DNA of 64,000 nt. Origin: Macrostomum lignano. Lineage: Eukaryota. Within the stretch, counting starts at the first letter, position 1. Every line of letters starts with the position of its first letter. The notes under the pieces were generated by a model. The model saw only the letters and a program-made list of their open reading frames with translations. It searched no databases and had not been told where the DNA came from. Made by a program: the position numbers and the translations under genes. This document shows positions 22,277-32,726 of the stretch, piece by piece. Where the stretch lies: assembly GCA_002269645.1 (NCBI GenBank), contig NIVC01000102.1, forward strand, positions 515,950 to 579,949, in the 5' to 3' direction.

Positions 22277-25200
22277 TCACTGCAGTCTCATTCGAATAAG
22301 CTTGACGTGAGTCCAGCTGTCTCTCTGCTCCGCTGCTGTTTCCATGGCAACGAAGCGACCCAAGTCGACCCCGTCTCGCCGCAGCCTCGCCCTCGCCCAC
22401 AGCCTCCGCTCCTCATCTTCCCTGCTGCGGTGAGCGCCGCTGTCGCTGCCGCTGCGGTTCGAAACTCGCCACCGCTTCTGCCTGACCCAGCCGATCTTCT
22501 CCTCGTCCTGCGTCTCCATGACGACGCGTCTCTCTTTCTCGATCATCTCCATCTGCTGCAAGCTGAGCTCCACGTGCTCGCGGCAGTCGCTGTAGTGAGC
22601 CAGAGTGAGCAGCTCCTCCAAGTCCGGGTCTTCTTCCAGCTCTCGCTTCCAATCGTCCAGTTTAATTGCAGGTGCGCGATTGCAGAGCAGCTCAGCTTGG
22701 AGACTCCAGCTCAGGCAGCGAAAGTTCACGTACAGGTGGGAGGAGAGAGGCTGCGACAGTCTGGCTGTGAACAGAGTCTGCGTGAACTCGGGAAGGAATG
22801 GGAAGCGAGGCGGAGAGTCGCAGGGGAGGCAGAACCTCCACGCCCAGTCTGAGTCTGCTGGCAATTCATAAATTCGAATACCCTGTGGCTTTAACCCTGA
22901 CTGAACCTGATGTCTCTGCAGCTCCATCGCGAGTCTCTCAGCCTCCTCAGATTCTCTGAACTTCAAATGCGCCATTGCGGTCATGCACAGGGCGGCGCAC
23001 TTGCACCACTGCAGCTCATGCAGGAGACTGAGCTGCCTCATCAGGGTGTATCTTTTGCTTGATTCCGACTGCAGCTCGCTCACACACTGGTGCACCACAC
23101 TGTACACGTCTGCGAAATTGTAGTACATTTCTGTGTAGCCACTTCCTTCCCTGATCTCAGTGACAGCAGGCGGCGCTGTCAGAGGCAGCAGAGTGAACGG
23201 GTGAAAGTAGAACTTCTCTGACTGCAGAGGTCTCACGAGTCTCCTCAGCTGCTCGACCACTCCACCGATGTCGCTTCTCAGCTCAAAAAGTCCGTCTCGA
23301 ACCCTCGCCTTCGTATTGTCGAAGTCGCCGCCGATTCCAGCGTTCTTGAAGTAGAGCGGAGCGTCGGGCATGAAGAAGTGCGGCATGCACTCATCGGGCG
23401 AGCTGCTCGAGTCGATGAAGCTCAGCATCAAGTCGAGAGACTCCTTGAGCAGAGCGATCAGATTGTGGAGCTTCCAAGCGTCAGTTTCGGTATCTGTGCC
23501 ATGCTTCTCCAGCATTGTAAAGAGCAGTGTCTTTGCATGGTAGGTCTTGAGTCCAGGTGTGTCCAGAGTGAGCGGCAAGTGTCTCTTGAAGATGAACTTG
23601 ATGAGTGTGAACAGCTGGCCCTGGACTGTGCTCAGCCGTCCCATGATGTATTTCTCTTGGAAGCTGAAGCTCACTCTGAGCTCGTTGGTCGAGCTCGGTC
23701 TGGTCGCCCGCACGAGGTGAACTCTGTTATTGAATAGAACCGGTTTTCTACTTCTGTCCTCACAGAAACTGCTGCAGCACTCGATTGCATGGCACGTGTC
23801 CTGTGCAGGCCGCACACCGCACGCCGTGGCTGTCACTGCAGGTTGGCTGCCTGCAAAGCGCAGTGAGCGGAGAGTGGCTTTGTGGCAAGTGAAAAAAATG
23901 GGTTGGTTTGAAACTGCAGATTTGCTCCTGGCCGGTTGGGAATTTTGCTTTTGCAACTCCATTTTCATTTACTAATCAATACACACGAGCTATTTTTATT
24001 TAATATCAATAAAAAATGTGTACATTGTGGGCGGCGTTGCCTAGCCTGCAAAGGCGTTAGAGACTCCAGTGAGAGTGGGGGGCGCCTCTCGCTGTGTGGC
24101 GAGGGTTGCAATGCTCTCCGTCTGGCCCAGTGTACAGCACAAGCTGCTCGGTGAGACGTCACAGAATTTCGACGCTTCTTGAAGAGCCAAATAAGTGCAC
24201 CTGTGAGGCATGAGCCTCTGCACCCACTGAGTTCACCCAGCTTCAGCTTCAGGTGCTCTGGCTTCATCAGGTTGCAGCTCAGCACAGCTGCTCAAGCATC
24301 ATCAGAACTCAGTGCCCCGCAGCAAGGCACCAATCAGGCAGTCAGGGCGGCTTCGGTTTATTTTGTTTGAAATTTCCCAAGTGAGAGCAGCAGCACCTCA
24401 GCAGAGCCATGCCGCCTACCGTGGGTCACCCAAGCACCGCTGCATCCACTCTGCTGCAATCGGAGCCTGTGAATTCAAAACCCAATGGCCCGGCTCAGCC
24501 AGTTGGCATCAAAGTTTTCTTTTCAATTTCGCCTGCCGCTTATTTCAGCACCCAAGCCGACATTCGCAGTCACAGAAACTGCTGGAGACTATGCGCCACT
24601 CGGTTGCAAAATTTAAAGTTGAGCAAAGTTAATGGGCCTCCAGTTGCATGCGGATCTCAGCATTCTGATGATGAACCCAGCCTCACTCACCTGCTCCCAC
24701 TGCCACCTGTGCGTGGCCCTCCATGACCTGCAGCCGAGTGGCGTCTCGGCAGGAACGATATCCCTCTCTGTCGCAGCCACCTTCCAGATGGAACTCTTGC
24801 CCAGCAACCAGCACAGTCCAGTCAATGTCCGAGTCTGCAGCTGTCCTGCCGTTCACTTGCACCAGACTGTTGGCCCAGCCCTCTGCGTAGCTGCCCGTCA
24901 TCTGCCTGTCATCCTGTGTGAGGACTTGAGCGACTTCTTCCAGCCAGTCAGCCAGTCTCTGCTGACACTTTGCTCTCTCCTCGGTGAATCCCGCCTCGCT
25001 GAGCAGTCGATGCAGCTCCTCACTCAGACGCCTGTCTTGCTGAGAGTCATCTGAGAGCCTGGAACGATTCGAGATGCGTGTGAGAGATTTGCTCAGAGTT
25101 GGATGGACGGAACAAGCAGGAGAGCTGAGAGTGCAGCTGCTGCAGCACTCAGACTGGCATCTCAAGCAGGAGAGCTGAGAGTGCAGCTGCTGCAGCACTC

Positions 25201-28200
25201 AGACTGGCATCTCAAGCAGGAGAGCTGAGAGTGCAGCTGCTGCAGCACTCAGACTGGCATCTCAAGCAGGAGAGCTGAGAGTGCAGCTGCTGCAGCACTC
25301 AGACTGGCATCTCAAGCAGGAGAGCTGAGAGTGCAGCTGCTGCAGCACTCAGACTGGCATCTCAAGCAGGAGAGCTGAGAGTGCAGCTGCTGCAGCACTC
25401 AGACTGGCATCTCAAGCAGGAGAGCTGAGAGTGCAGCTGCTGCAGCACTCAGACTGGCATCTCAAGCAGGAGAGCTGAGAGTGCAGCTGCTGCAGCACTC
25501 AGTCCAACCCAATCTCATCCCTGCCGAGTTTCGCTGCAATTTCTGCCCCAAGCTGCCAGCCTGTTGGAAGGTGCAATGAGGCAGTGAAAGCCGAACCGGT
25601 CAGACTCACCGATGGCGGCCCGACTCCAAGCGGTGAGCGGCTGCCTGCCGGGCCTCTGGGCTACTGCAATGCAGGAAGGAAAGTAAGGGTTCTCACTTCT
25701 CACAGCAGTTGAGTCGGAGATTGTCATGCACCAGAAGTTTCTCTCGAAGTAGAAAAAATTCAAAAAGCGGATGGGGGCGTTCTTGTTGCGTCTTTTTTCT
25801 GTTTTCTCTTTTTCTCCCATTTTTCTGGCTCACCTCTTTTCTTGTTCCCTTTGTTTTCTACTTCTGCCAATTGCATTTTCTATTGCAAGAATTTTTACAA
25901 GCAATAACATTGCCTCACTCACCCCGCTTCACTGGGATGAAGCAGCCGCAGCACCTGCTGCTGCTCAAATCGCTGTGCCACCTGCGCACACGTCTGACCC
26001 CGACCGTCTCGATGACTCGCATCCGCTCCTCTGTCCATCAGAGCCTTGGCTGCTCGCACATGACCGGCTTCGCACGCTCGTGACAGAGCAGTCCGACCCT
26101 GACTGTCTTCAGCACGCACTGACGCACCGAGATCGATGAGTTTCTCAATGAGCTCATGATGACCTGCATCAGCTGCCAGCATGAGAGCAGTGGCTCCAGT
26201 GCTGTCTTCTGGGAGATCGACATGCTGTGTGCTGACTCGCTCATCATTGATCAGTGTGACAGCAATTGTGACAGCAAGAGCGACGTGTCTTTGAGAGATG
26301 GAGAGACGGAGCAGCTGTGTGATGTGAGGTGGCTGCATTCGAGATAGGGTGTCGGTGAGAACAGAGTTCCTGCCTTCGATGGCCATTGCTGCAGTGAAGC
26401 TGAGGATGGTGCTGGATTGGAAGAGCCAGTCGGGCTCTAGGCCAAGGAAGGCAGCGACATCTTCGTGAAGACGAGAGCAAGTCGCGACTGCGCATTGGAA
26501 ACGGAGATTCGCTCTCTGATCGGGACTTGAGAGAAACGAGATAAGAAACTCGACGACATCCTGCAGACCATTGCTTGCAGCAGATTCGGCAGCTTTGATG
26601 CACCAATCATCTCTTTTTGTTTGGTCGGCGACTGTCGGCACAAGAAACTTGACGATTTCCATGTGGCCATATCTGCCAGCAGATGCGGCAGCTTTGATGC
26701 AGCAATCATCTCTTTTTGTTTGGTCCGCGACTGTCGGCACGAGAAACTTGACGATTTCCATGTGGCCCTTGATTGCAGCAGATTCGGCAGCTTTGATGCA
26801 GCAATCATCTCTTTTTGTTTGGTCAGCGACTGTCGGCACGAGAAACTTGACGATTTCAAAGTGACCATTACTGTAAGCAGATTCGGCAGCTTTGATGCAG
26901 CAATCATCTCTTTTTGTTTGGTCCGCGACTGTCAGCACGAGAAACTTGACGATTTCAAAGTGACCATTTCTGCCAGCAGATTCGGCAGCTTTGATGCGGC
27001 AATCATCTCTTTTTGTTTGGTCCGCGACTGTCGGCACGAGAAACTTGACGATTTCAATGTGGCCCTCGTCTGCAGCAGATTTGGCAGCTTTGATGCAGCA
27101 ATCATCTCTTTTTGTTTGGTCAGCGACTGTCGGCACGAGAAACTTGACGATTTCAAAGTGACCATTTCTGCCAGCAGATTCGGCAGCTTTGATGCGGCAA
27201 TCATCTCTTTTTGTTTGGTCCGCGACTGTCGGCACGAGAAACTTGACGATTTCAATGTGGCCATTGAATGCAGCAGATGCGGCAGCTTTGATGCAGCAAT
27301 CATCTCTTTTTGTTTGGTCAGCGACTGTCGGCACGAGAAACTTGACGATTTCAATGTGGCCCTTCACTGCAGCATATTCGGCAGCTTTGATGCGGCAATC
27401 ATCTCTTTTTGTTTGGTCAGCGACTGTCGGCACGAGAAACTTGACGATTTCAATGTGGCCATATCTGCCAGCAGATCCGGCAGCTTTGATGCAGCAATCA
27501 TCTCTTTTTGTTTGGTTAGCGACTGTCGGCACGAGAAACTTGACGATTTCAAAGTGACCATTACTGTAAGCAGATTCGGCAGCTTTGATGCAGCAATCAT
27601 CTCTTTTTGTTTGGTCCGCGACTGTCAGCACGAGAAACTTGACGATTTCAAAGTGACCATTTCTGCCAGCAGATTCGGCAGCTTTGATGCGGCAATCATC
27701 TCTTTTTGTTTGGTCCGCGACTGTCGGCACGAGAAACTTGACGATTTCAATGTGGCCCTCGTCTGCAGCAGATTTGGCAGCTTTGATGCAGCAATCATCT
27801 CTTTTTGTTTGGTCAGCGACTGTCGGCACGAGAAACTTGACGATTTCAAAGTGACCATTTCTGCCAGCAGATTCGGCAGCTTTGATGCGGCAATCATCTC
27901 TTTTTGTTTGGTCCGCGACTGTCGGCACGAGAAACTTGACGATTTCAATGTGGCCATTGAATGCAGCAGATGCGGCAGCTTTGATGCAGCAATCATCTCT
28001 TTTTGTTTGGTCAGCGACTGTCGGCACGAGAAACTTGACGATTTCAAAGTGACCATTACTGTAAGCAGATTCGGCAGCTTTGATGCGGCAATCATCTCTT
28101 TTTGTTTGGTCAGCGACTGTCGGCACGAGAAACTTGACGATTTCAATGTGGCCATATCTGCCAGCAGATCCGGCAGCTTTGATGCAGCAATCATCTCTTT

Positions 28201-29485
28201 TTGTTTGGTCAGCGACTGTCGGCACGAGAAACTTGACGATTTCAATGTGGCCATATCTGCCAGCAGATCCGGCAGCTTTGATGCAGCAATCATCTCTTTT
28301 TGTTTGGTCAGCGACTGTCGGCACGAGAAACTTGACGATTTCAATGTGGCCATATCTGCCAGCAGATCCGGCAGCTTTGATGCAGCAATCATCTCTTATT
28401 GTTTGGTCAGCGACTGTCGGCACGAGAAACTTGACGATTTCAATGTGGCCCTTCACTGCAGCATATTCGGCAGCTTTGATGCAGCAATCATCTCTTTTTG
28501 TTTGGTCAGCGACTGTCGGCACGAGAAACTTGACGATTTCAATGTGGCCCTTCACTGCAGCAGATTCGGCAGCTTTGATGCAGCAATCATCTCTTTTTGT
28601 TTGGTCAGCGACTGTCGGCACGAGAAACTTGACGATTTCAATGTGGCCCTTGATTGCAGCATATTCGGCAGCTTTGATGCAGCAATCATCTCTTTTTGTT
28701 TGGTCAGCGACTGTCGGCACGAGAAACTTGACGATTTCAATGTGGCCATATCTGCCAGCAGATCCGGCAGCTTTGATGCAGCAATCATCTCTTATTGTTT
28801 GGTCAGCGACTGTCGGCACGAGAAACTTGACGATTTCAATGTGGCCCTTCACTGCAGCATATTCGGCAGCTTTGATGCAGCAATCATCTCTTTTTGTTTG
28901 GTCAGCGACTGTCGGCACGAGAAACTTGACGATTTCAATGTGGCCATATCTGCCAGCAGATCCGGCAGCTTTGATGCAGCAATCATCTCTTTTTGTTTGG
29001 TCAGCGACTGTCGGCACGAGAAACTTGACGATTTCAATGTGGCCATATCTGCCAGCAGATCCGGCAGCTTTGATGCAGCAATCATCTCTTATTGTTTGCG
29101 CAGCGACTGTCGGCACGAGAAACTTGACGATTTCAATGTGGCCCTTCACTGCAGCATATTCGGCAGCTTTGATGCAGCAATCATCTCTTTTTGTTTGGTC
29201 AGCGACTGTCGGCACGAGAAACTTGACGATTTCAATGTGGCCCTTCACTGCAGCAGATTCGGCAGCTTTGATGCAGCAATAATCTCTTTGTTTTTGGTCA
29301 GCGACTGTCGGCACGAGAAACTTGACCAGTTCTAAGTGACCATGGGATGCAGCATCAGGTAAATACCTTTTGCAAAAAAAATATGTGTTCTTTTCTCCTA
29401 TCTGACGGTCGAGATGATGTCTGAGTGCTTGGATATTTCCTGTGCTGGCAGCCTCATCAGCACTGATCTCGTGATCAACCTGCAT
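22277..29485 (-). CDS. Predicted ankyrin-repeat / Mab-21 (cGAS-like receptor, cGLR) fusion protein, join complement(29485..25923,25663..25610,25058..24691,23850..22277), 1852 aa
   Basis: All three introns begin GTGAGT and end CAG, and the phases 2-2-1 match (3563+54+368+1574=5559 nt, no stop). NTase motifs: GSYAEG...SDID, QPAVT, DTCHAIEC, HLV...ELRVSFSFQEK, IKFIFK...LKTYHAKTLLF. A helical C-terminal region follows. The fusion rests on splice prediction only. Confidence 0.7.
22338..22351. promoter_or_regulatory. RFX X-box GTTTCCATGGCAAC overlapping the 3' end of the cGLR ORF
   Basis: Matches the X-box consensus within a GC-rich stretch. Confidence 0.35.
25113..25502. repeat. 50-bp perfect tandem repeat, ~7.8 copies, in the intron before the NTase exon
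   Basis: caagcagg recurs at 25113, 25163, ... 25463 and the copies are identical. Confidence 0.95.
26560..29340 (-). repeat. 99-bp coding tandem repeat: 28 ankyrin-like 33-aa units plus an N-terminal cap unit
   Basis: Unit A-x-x-A-x-x-x-GH(I/F/M)EIVKFLVPTVADQTKRDDCCIKA. Canonical ankyrin repeats follow (TGATALMLAADAGH, QGRTALSRACEAGH). Confidence 0.95.
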
Positions 29486-29607
29486 TTTCCTTGGTTCAGC
29501 AGAGATTGTTTGATCTAGAAAGAATATTCTTAATTGCTTGTCACGAACGATTTGTAGTTTTTTTATCACTCTACTTCTTTAATCAACTTTTACTGTCTGT
29601 GATTATT

Positions 29608-29815
29608 GTCTGCTGTTAGAGTGGCAGATGTCAGTCACGGCTGCTGTCAGAGTGCCAGATGTCAGTCACGGCTGCTGTCAGAGCGGCAGATGTCAGTCAC
29701 GGCTGCTGTCAGAGTGGCAGATGTCAGTCACGGCTGCTGTCAGAGCGGCAGATGTCAGTCACGGCTGCTGTCAGAGTGGCAGATGTCAGTCACGGCTGCA
29801 CTCAGAGCGACAGAT
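29608..29815. repeat. 31-bp tandem repeat, ~6.5 copies
   Basis: Unit gtcagagYggcagatgtcagtcacggctgct. Confidence 0.9.
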
Positions 29816-30742
29816 GTTTCAAAGGTTTGTGCAGCCGGTTGCCAGAAAGATTTTACCGCCTCATCTCTCAGCTGCCCACCTTTTTGCAGCCTCTGGCGAG
29901 CGCCGACCACCCCTGGCCTTTGCAGCCGAATCTTCTCACCCGTGCATGAGCGCTGAGTCCGCCGCCTTCGCCTCTGTGCACCCAGCATGGCAACGGAGAG
30001 GCTGCGGCTGCAGCGGCCACCCCAAGCTGTACTTGATGAGGCTGAGCTGACCCATTGTGCAGTGTGAGGTCTGCGAACGCTTTTCATGGCCTACTGAGCA
30101 GTGTAAAATGCTTCTCAGTCCCTCAGTGCATCAGGTTTGAGAAGGCGTTCAAATGTGCAAGAAAAATGCATTGTTAAACTTGGTCAGGCTTCTCTTTCAC
30201 CCTGCCCGCTGGCCTTCCAATTGCAGCAGTTGCAGACGATCGGTTGCCAAGTAACAGGGGGTTGGCTCTCCCCGTCTCTCCGAATGCTTTCGCCTGTTCG
30301 TCTCGTGTGCATTCGAGCCAGCTGAGACTCTGCTGGGTTGAATATGGCGAGTGCATTTTAGCAGCAATAATTAACATTCTTTTGCTTTTCTAAAGAAGCT
30401 TCTCATCACTGGCGCCCCTCTGTTTGATATTGTAAACAGATGGCAAACGGCCATTGTGGCAAAAATTGGCTTACAGGGGCAGACAGAAACCTGCAGTGAC
30501 GATGGAATCAATTGAAATATAAATCTTTATTCATATTTGCCGGGTAGCACAGTACTATTTATTGAGATCGCCTTGCAGTCCTTGTTAAAGTCTTGGTCCA
30601 CTAAGCCATTGGGACACGTCTGGAACTCTCTACATTGAATAAGCTGTCTATCTACCTGGTAATCGGCCTAGGAATTCAATTATTCAACCTCTGAGTCATC
30701 CCGGCCAGCTGAAATCCTGCCACTCTTGATTCAGTGCACGTG

Positions 30743-30890
30743 TCACCATGCCTACAGTCACCATGCCTACAGTCACCATGCCTACAGTCACCATGCCTAC
30801 AGTCACCATGCCTACAGTCACCATGCCTACAGTCACCATGCCTACAGTCACCATGCCTACAGTCACCATGCCTACAGTCACCATGCCTAA
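30743..30890. repeat. 15-bp tandem repeat (cagtcaccatgccta)n, ~10 copies
   Basis: Directly visible. Confidence 0.95.
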
Positions 30891-31274
30891 AGTAACAATC
30901 CCCACAGTCAAAGTCTTTGCTCACTGTTGCAGCGTGAGTCAAATTTTCAATGTTGGCGATAGTCGCGATCCACTTAGCCGCGGACAATGACCACTTAGCC
31001 ACTGAGTTACCGAGATCTCCATTGACCTCCGTTGACGGCAGAGCTTCAGATTTCGGGGAATTTCACAGCTGGCTGCTGTCTGGCATTCAGTGGTGCACTC
31101 GACCAGACTGCGAGCTGTGGACGACTGTGGCGAGGCGAGACGGCGACGGAGCTGTTGTTACCGGCTGCCAACTGGAAGCACCCGTTTCTTCCTGGGTTGG
31201 CTTTGGTGTCAGCGATTGCAGTATCGAAACTTGAGATTGAAGTCATTTGACAATAGGAAGCCCTATATTGGCGC

Positions 31275-32162
31275 CCATCTGACACTCTAGATTGGCACCC
31301 CATCTGACACTAGATTGGCACCCCATCTGACACCTTAGATTGGCACCCCATCTGACACCTTAGATTGGCACCCCATTTGACACCTTAGATTGGCACCCCA
31401 TCTGACACCTTAGATTGGCACCTCATCTGACACCTTAGATTGGCACCCCATCTGACACCTTAGATTGGCACCCCATTTGACACCTTAGATTGGCACCCCA
31501 TCTGACACCTTAGATTGGCACCTCATCTGACACCTTAGATTGGCACCCCATTTGACACCTTAGATTGGCACCCCATCTGACACCTTAGATTGGCACCTCA
31601 TCTGACACCTTAGATTGGCACCCCATCTGACACCTTAGATTGGCACCCCATTTGACACCTTAGATTGGCACCCCATCTGACACCTTAGATTGGCACCTCA
31701 TCTGACACCTTAGATTGGCACCTCATCTGACACCTTAGATTGGCACCCCATCTGACACCTTAGATTGGCACCCCATTTGACACCTTAGATTGGCACCCCA
31801 TCTGACACCTTAGATTGGCACCTCATCTGACACCTTAGATTGGCACCCCATTTGACACCTTAGATTGGCACCCCATCTGACACCTTAGATTGGCACCTCA
31901 TCTGACACCTTAGATTGGCACCCCATCTGACACCTTAGATTGGCACCCCATTTGACACCTTAGATTGGCACCCCATCTGACACCTTAGATTGGCACCTCA
32001 TCTGACACCTTAGATTGGCACCCCATTTGACACCTTAGATTGGCACCCCATCTGACACCTTAGATTGGCACCTCATCTGACACCTTAGATTGGCGCCCAT
32101 CTGACACCCTAGATTGGCGCCCATCTGAGACTCTAGATTGGCACCCCATCTGACACCTTAGA
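31275..32162. repeat. 25-bp minisatellite (gattggcaccccatctgacacctta)n, ~35 copies
   Basis: Directly visible. Confidence 0.95.
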
Positions 32163-32236
32163 CTTTGTAGATGTCTTTCTGTTTGACCCTTTTAAAATGG
32201 CCGCGAACGGGTTTCTACAACGCGAGAGTCTACCGT

Positions 32237-32418
32237 GTCCCCTGCAATTATGAGTAGCTGATGCTGAGTCCCCTGCAATTATGAGTAGCTGATGCTGAGT
32301 CCCCTGCAATTATGAGTAGCTGATGCTGAGTCCCCTGCAATTATGAGTAGCTGATGCTGAGTCCCCTGCAATTATGAGTAGCTGATGCTGAGTCCCCTGC
32401 AATTATGAGTGGCTGATG
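32237..32418. repeat. 31-bp tandem repeat, ~6 copies
   Basis: Unit gtcccctgcaattatgagtagctgatgctga. Confidence 0.9.
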
Positions 32419-32726
32419 ATTAATAAGCAAACAAAATTAACGGCAATAAAAACTGGCGTCATGTAAACAGATTTATTCAAGACTGACAGTCTGTGTTCCA
32501 GCAATATTGTCAGCAATATGCATTAAAATATACTGATAATTGAATGATCGGCTGCTACAAATGCATGGATCATGGTTAAAAGCAAATATACTTATATGTT
32601 CATTAAGTTCGTGTTCTTTGGTGACAGGGGTGACAGGGTTTACAGGGTTGACAGGCTGTGTGACAGGAGGGACAGGGGTGAGAGTGACAGGAATGACAGG
32701 GACAGGGTGAGTGACAGGGAAGTTTA

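Noticed and set aside
23730-23760. Apparent loss of the third catalytic Asp of the cGLR (VHLV instead of VDLV)
   Set aside because: HLV aligns better with the downstream conserved H-x-V strand before R-x-SFS. The Asp in DTCHAIEC is the better candidate for the third acid.
26621-29335. 904-aa antisense ORF and several shorter overlapping ORFs over the ankyrin array
   Set aside because: By-product of a stop-free 99-bp unit. It has no recognisable domain and ends at the array boundaries.
31275-32162. CRISPR-like appearance of the 25-50-bp arrays
   Set aside because: Units are head-to-tail with no unique spacers, there are no cas genes, and the context is eukaryotic.
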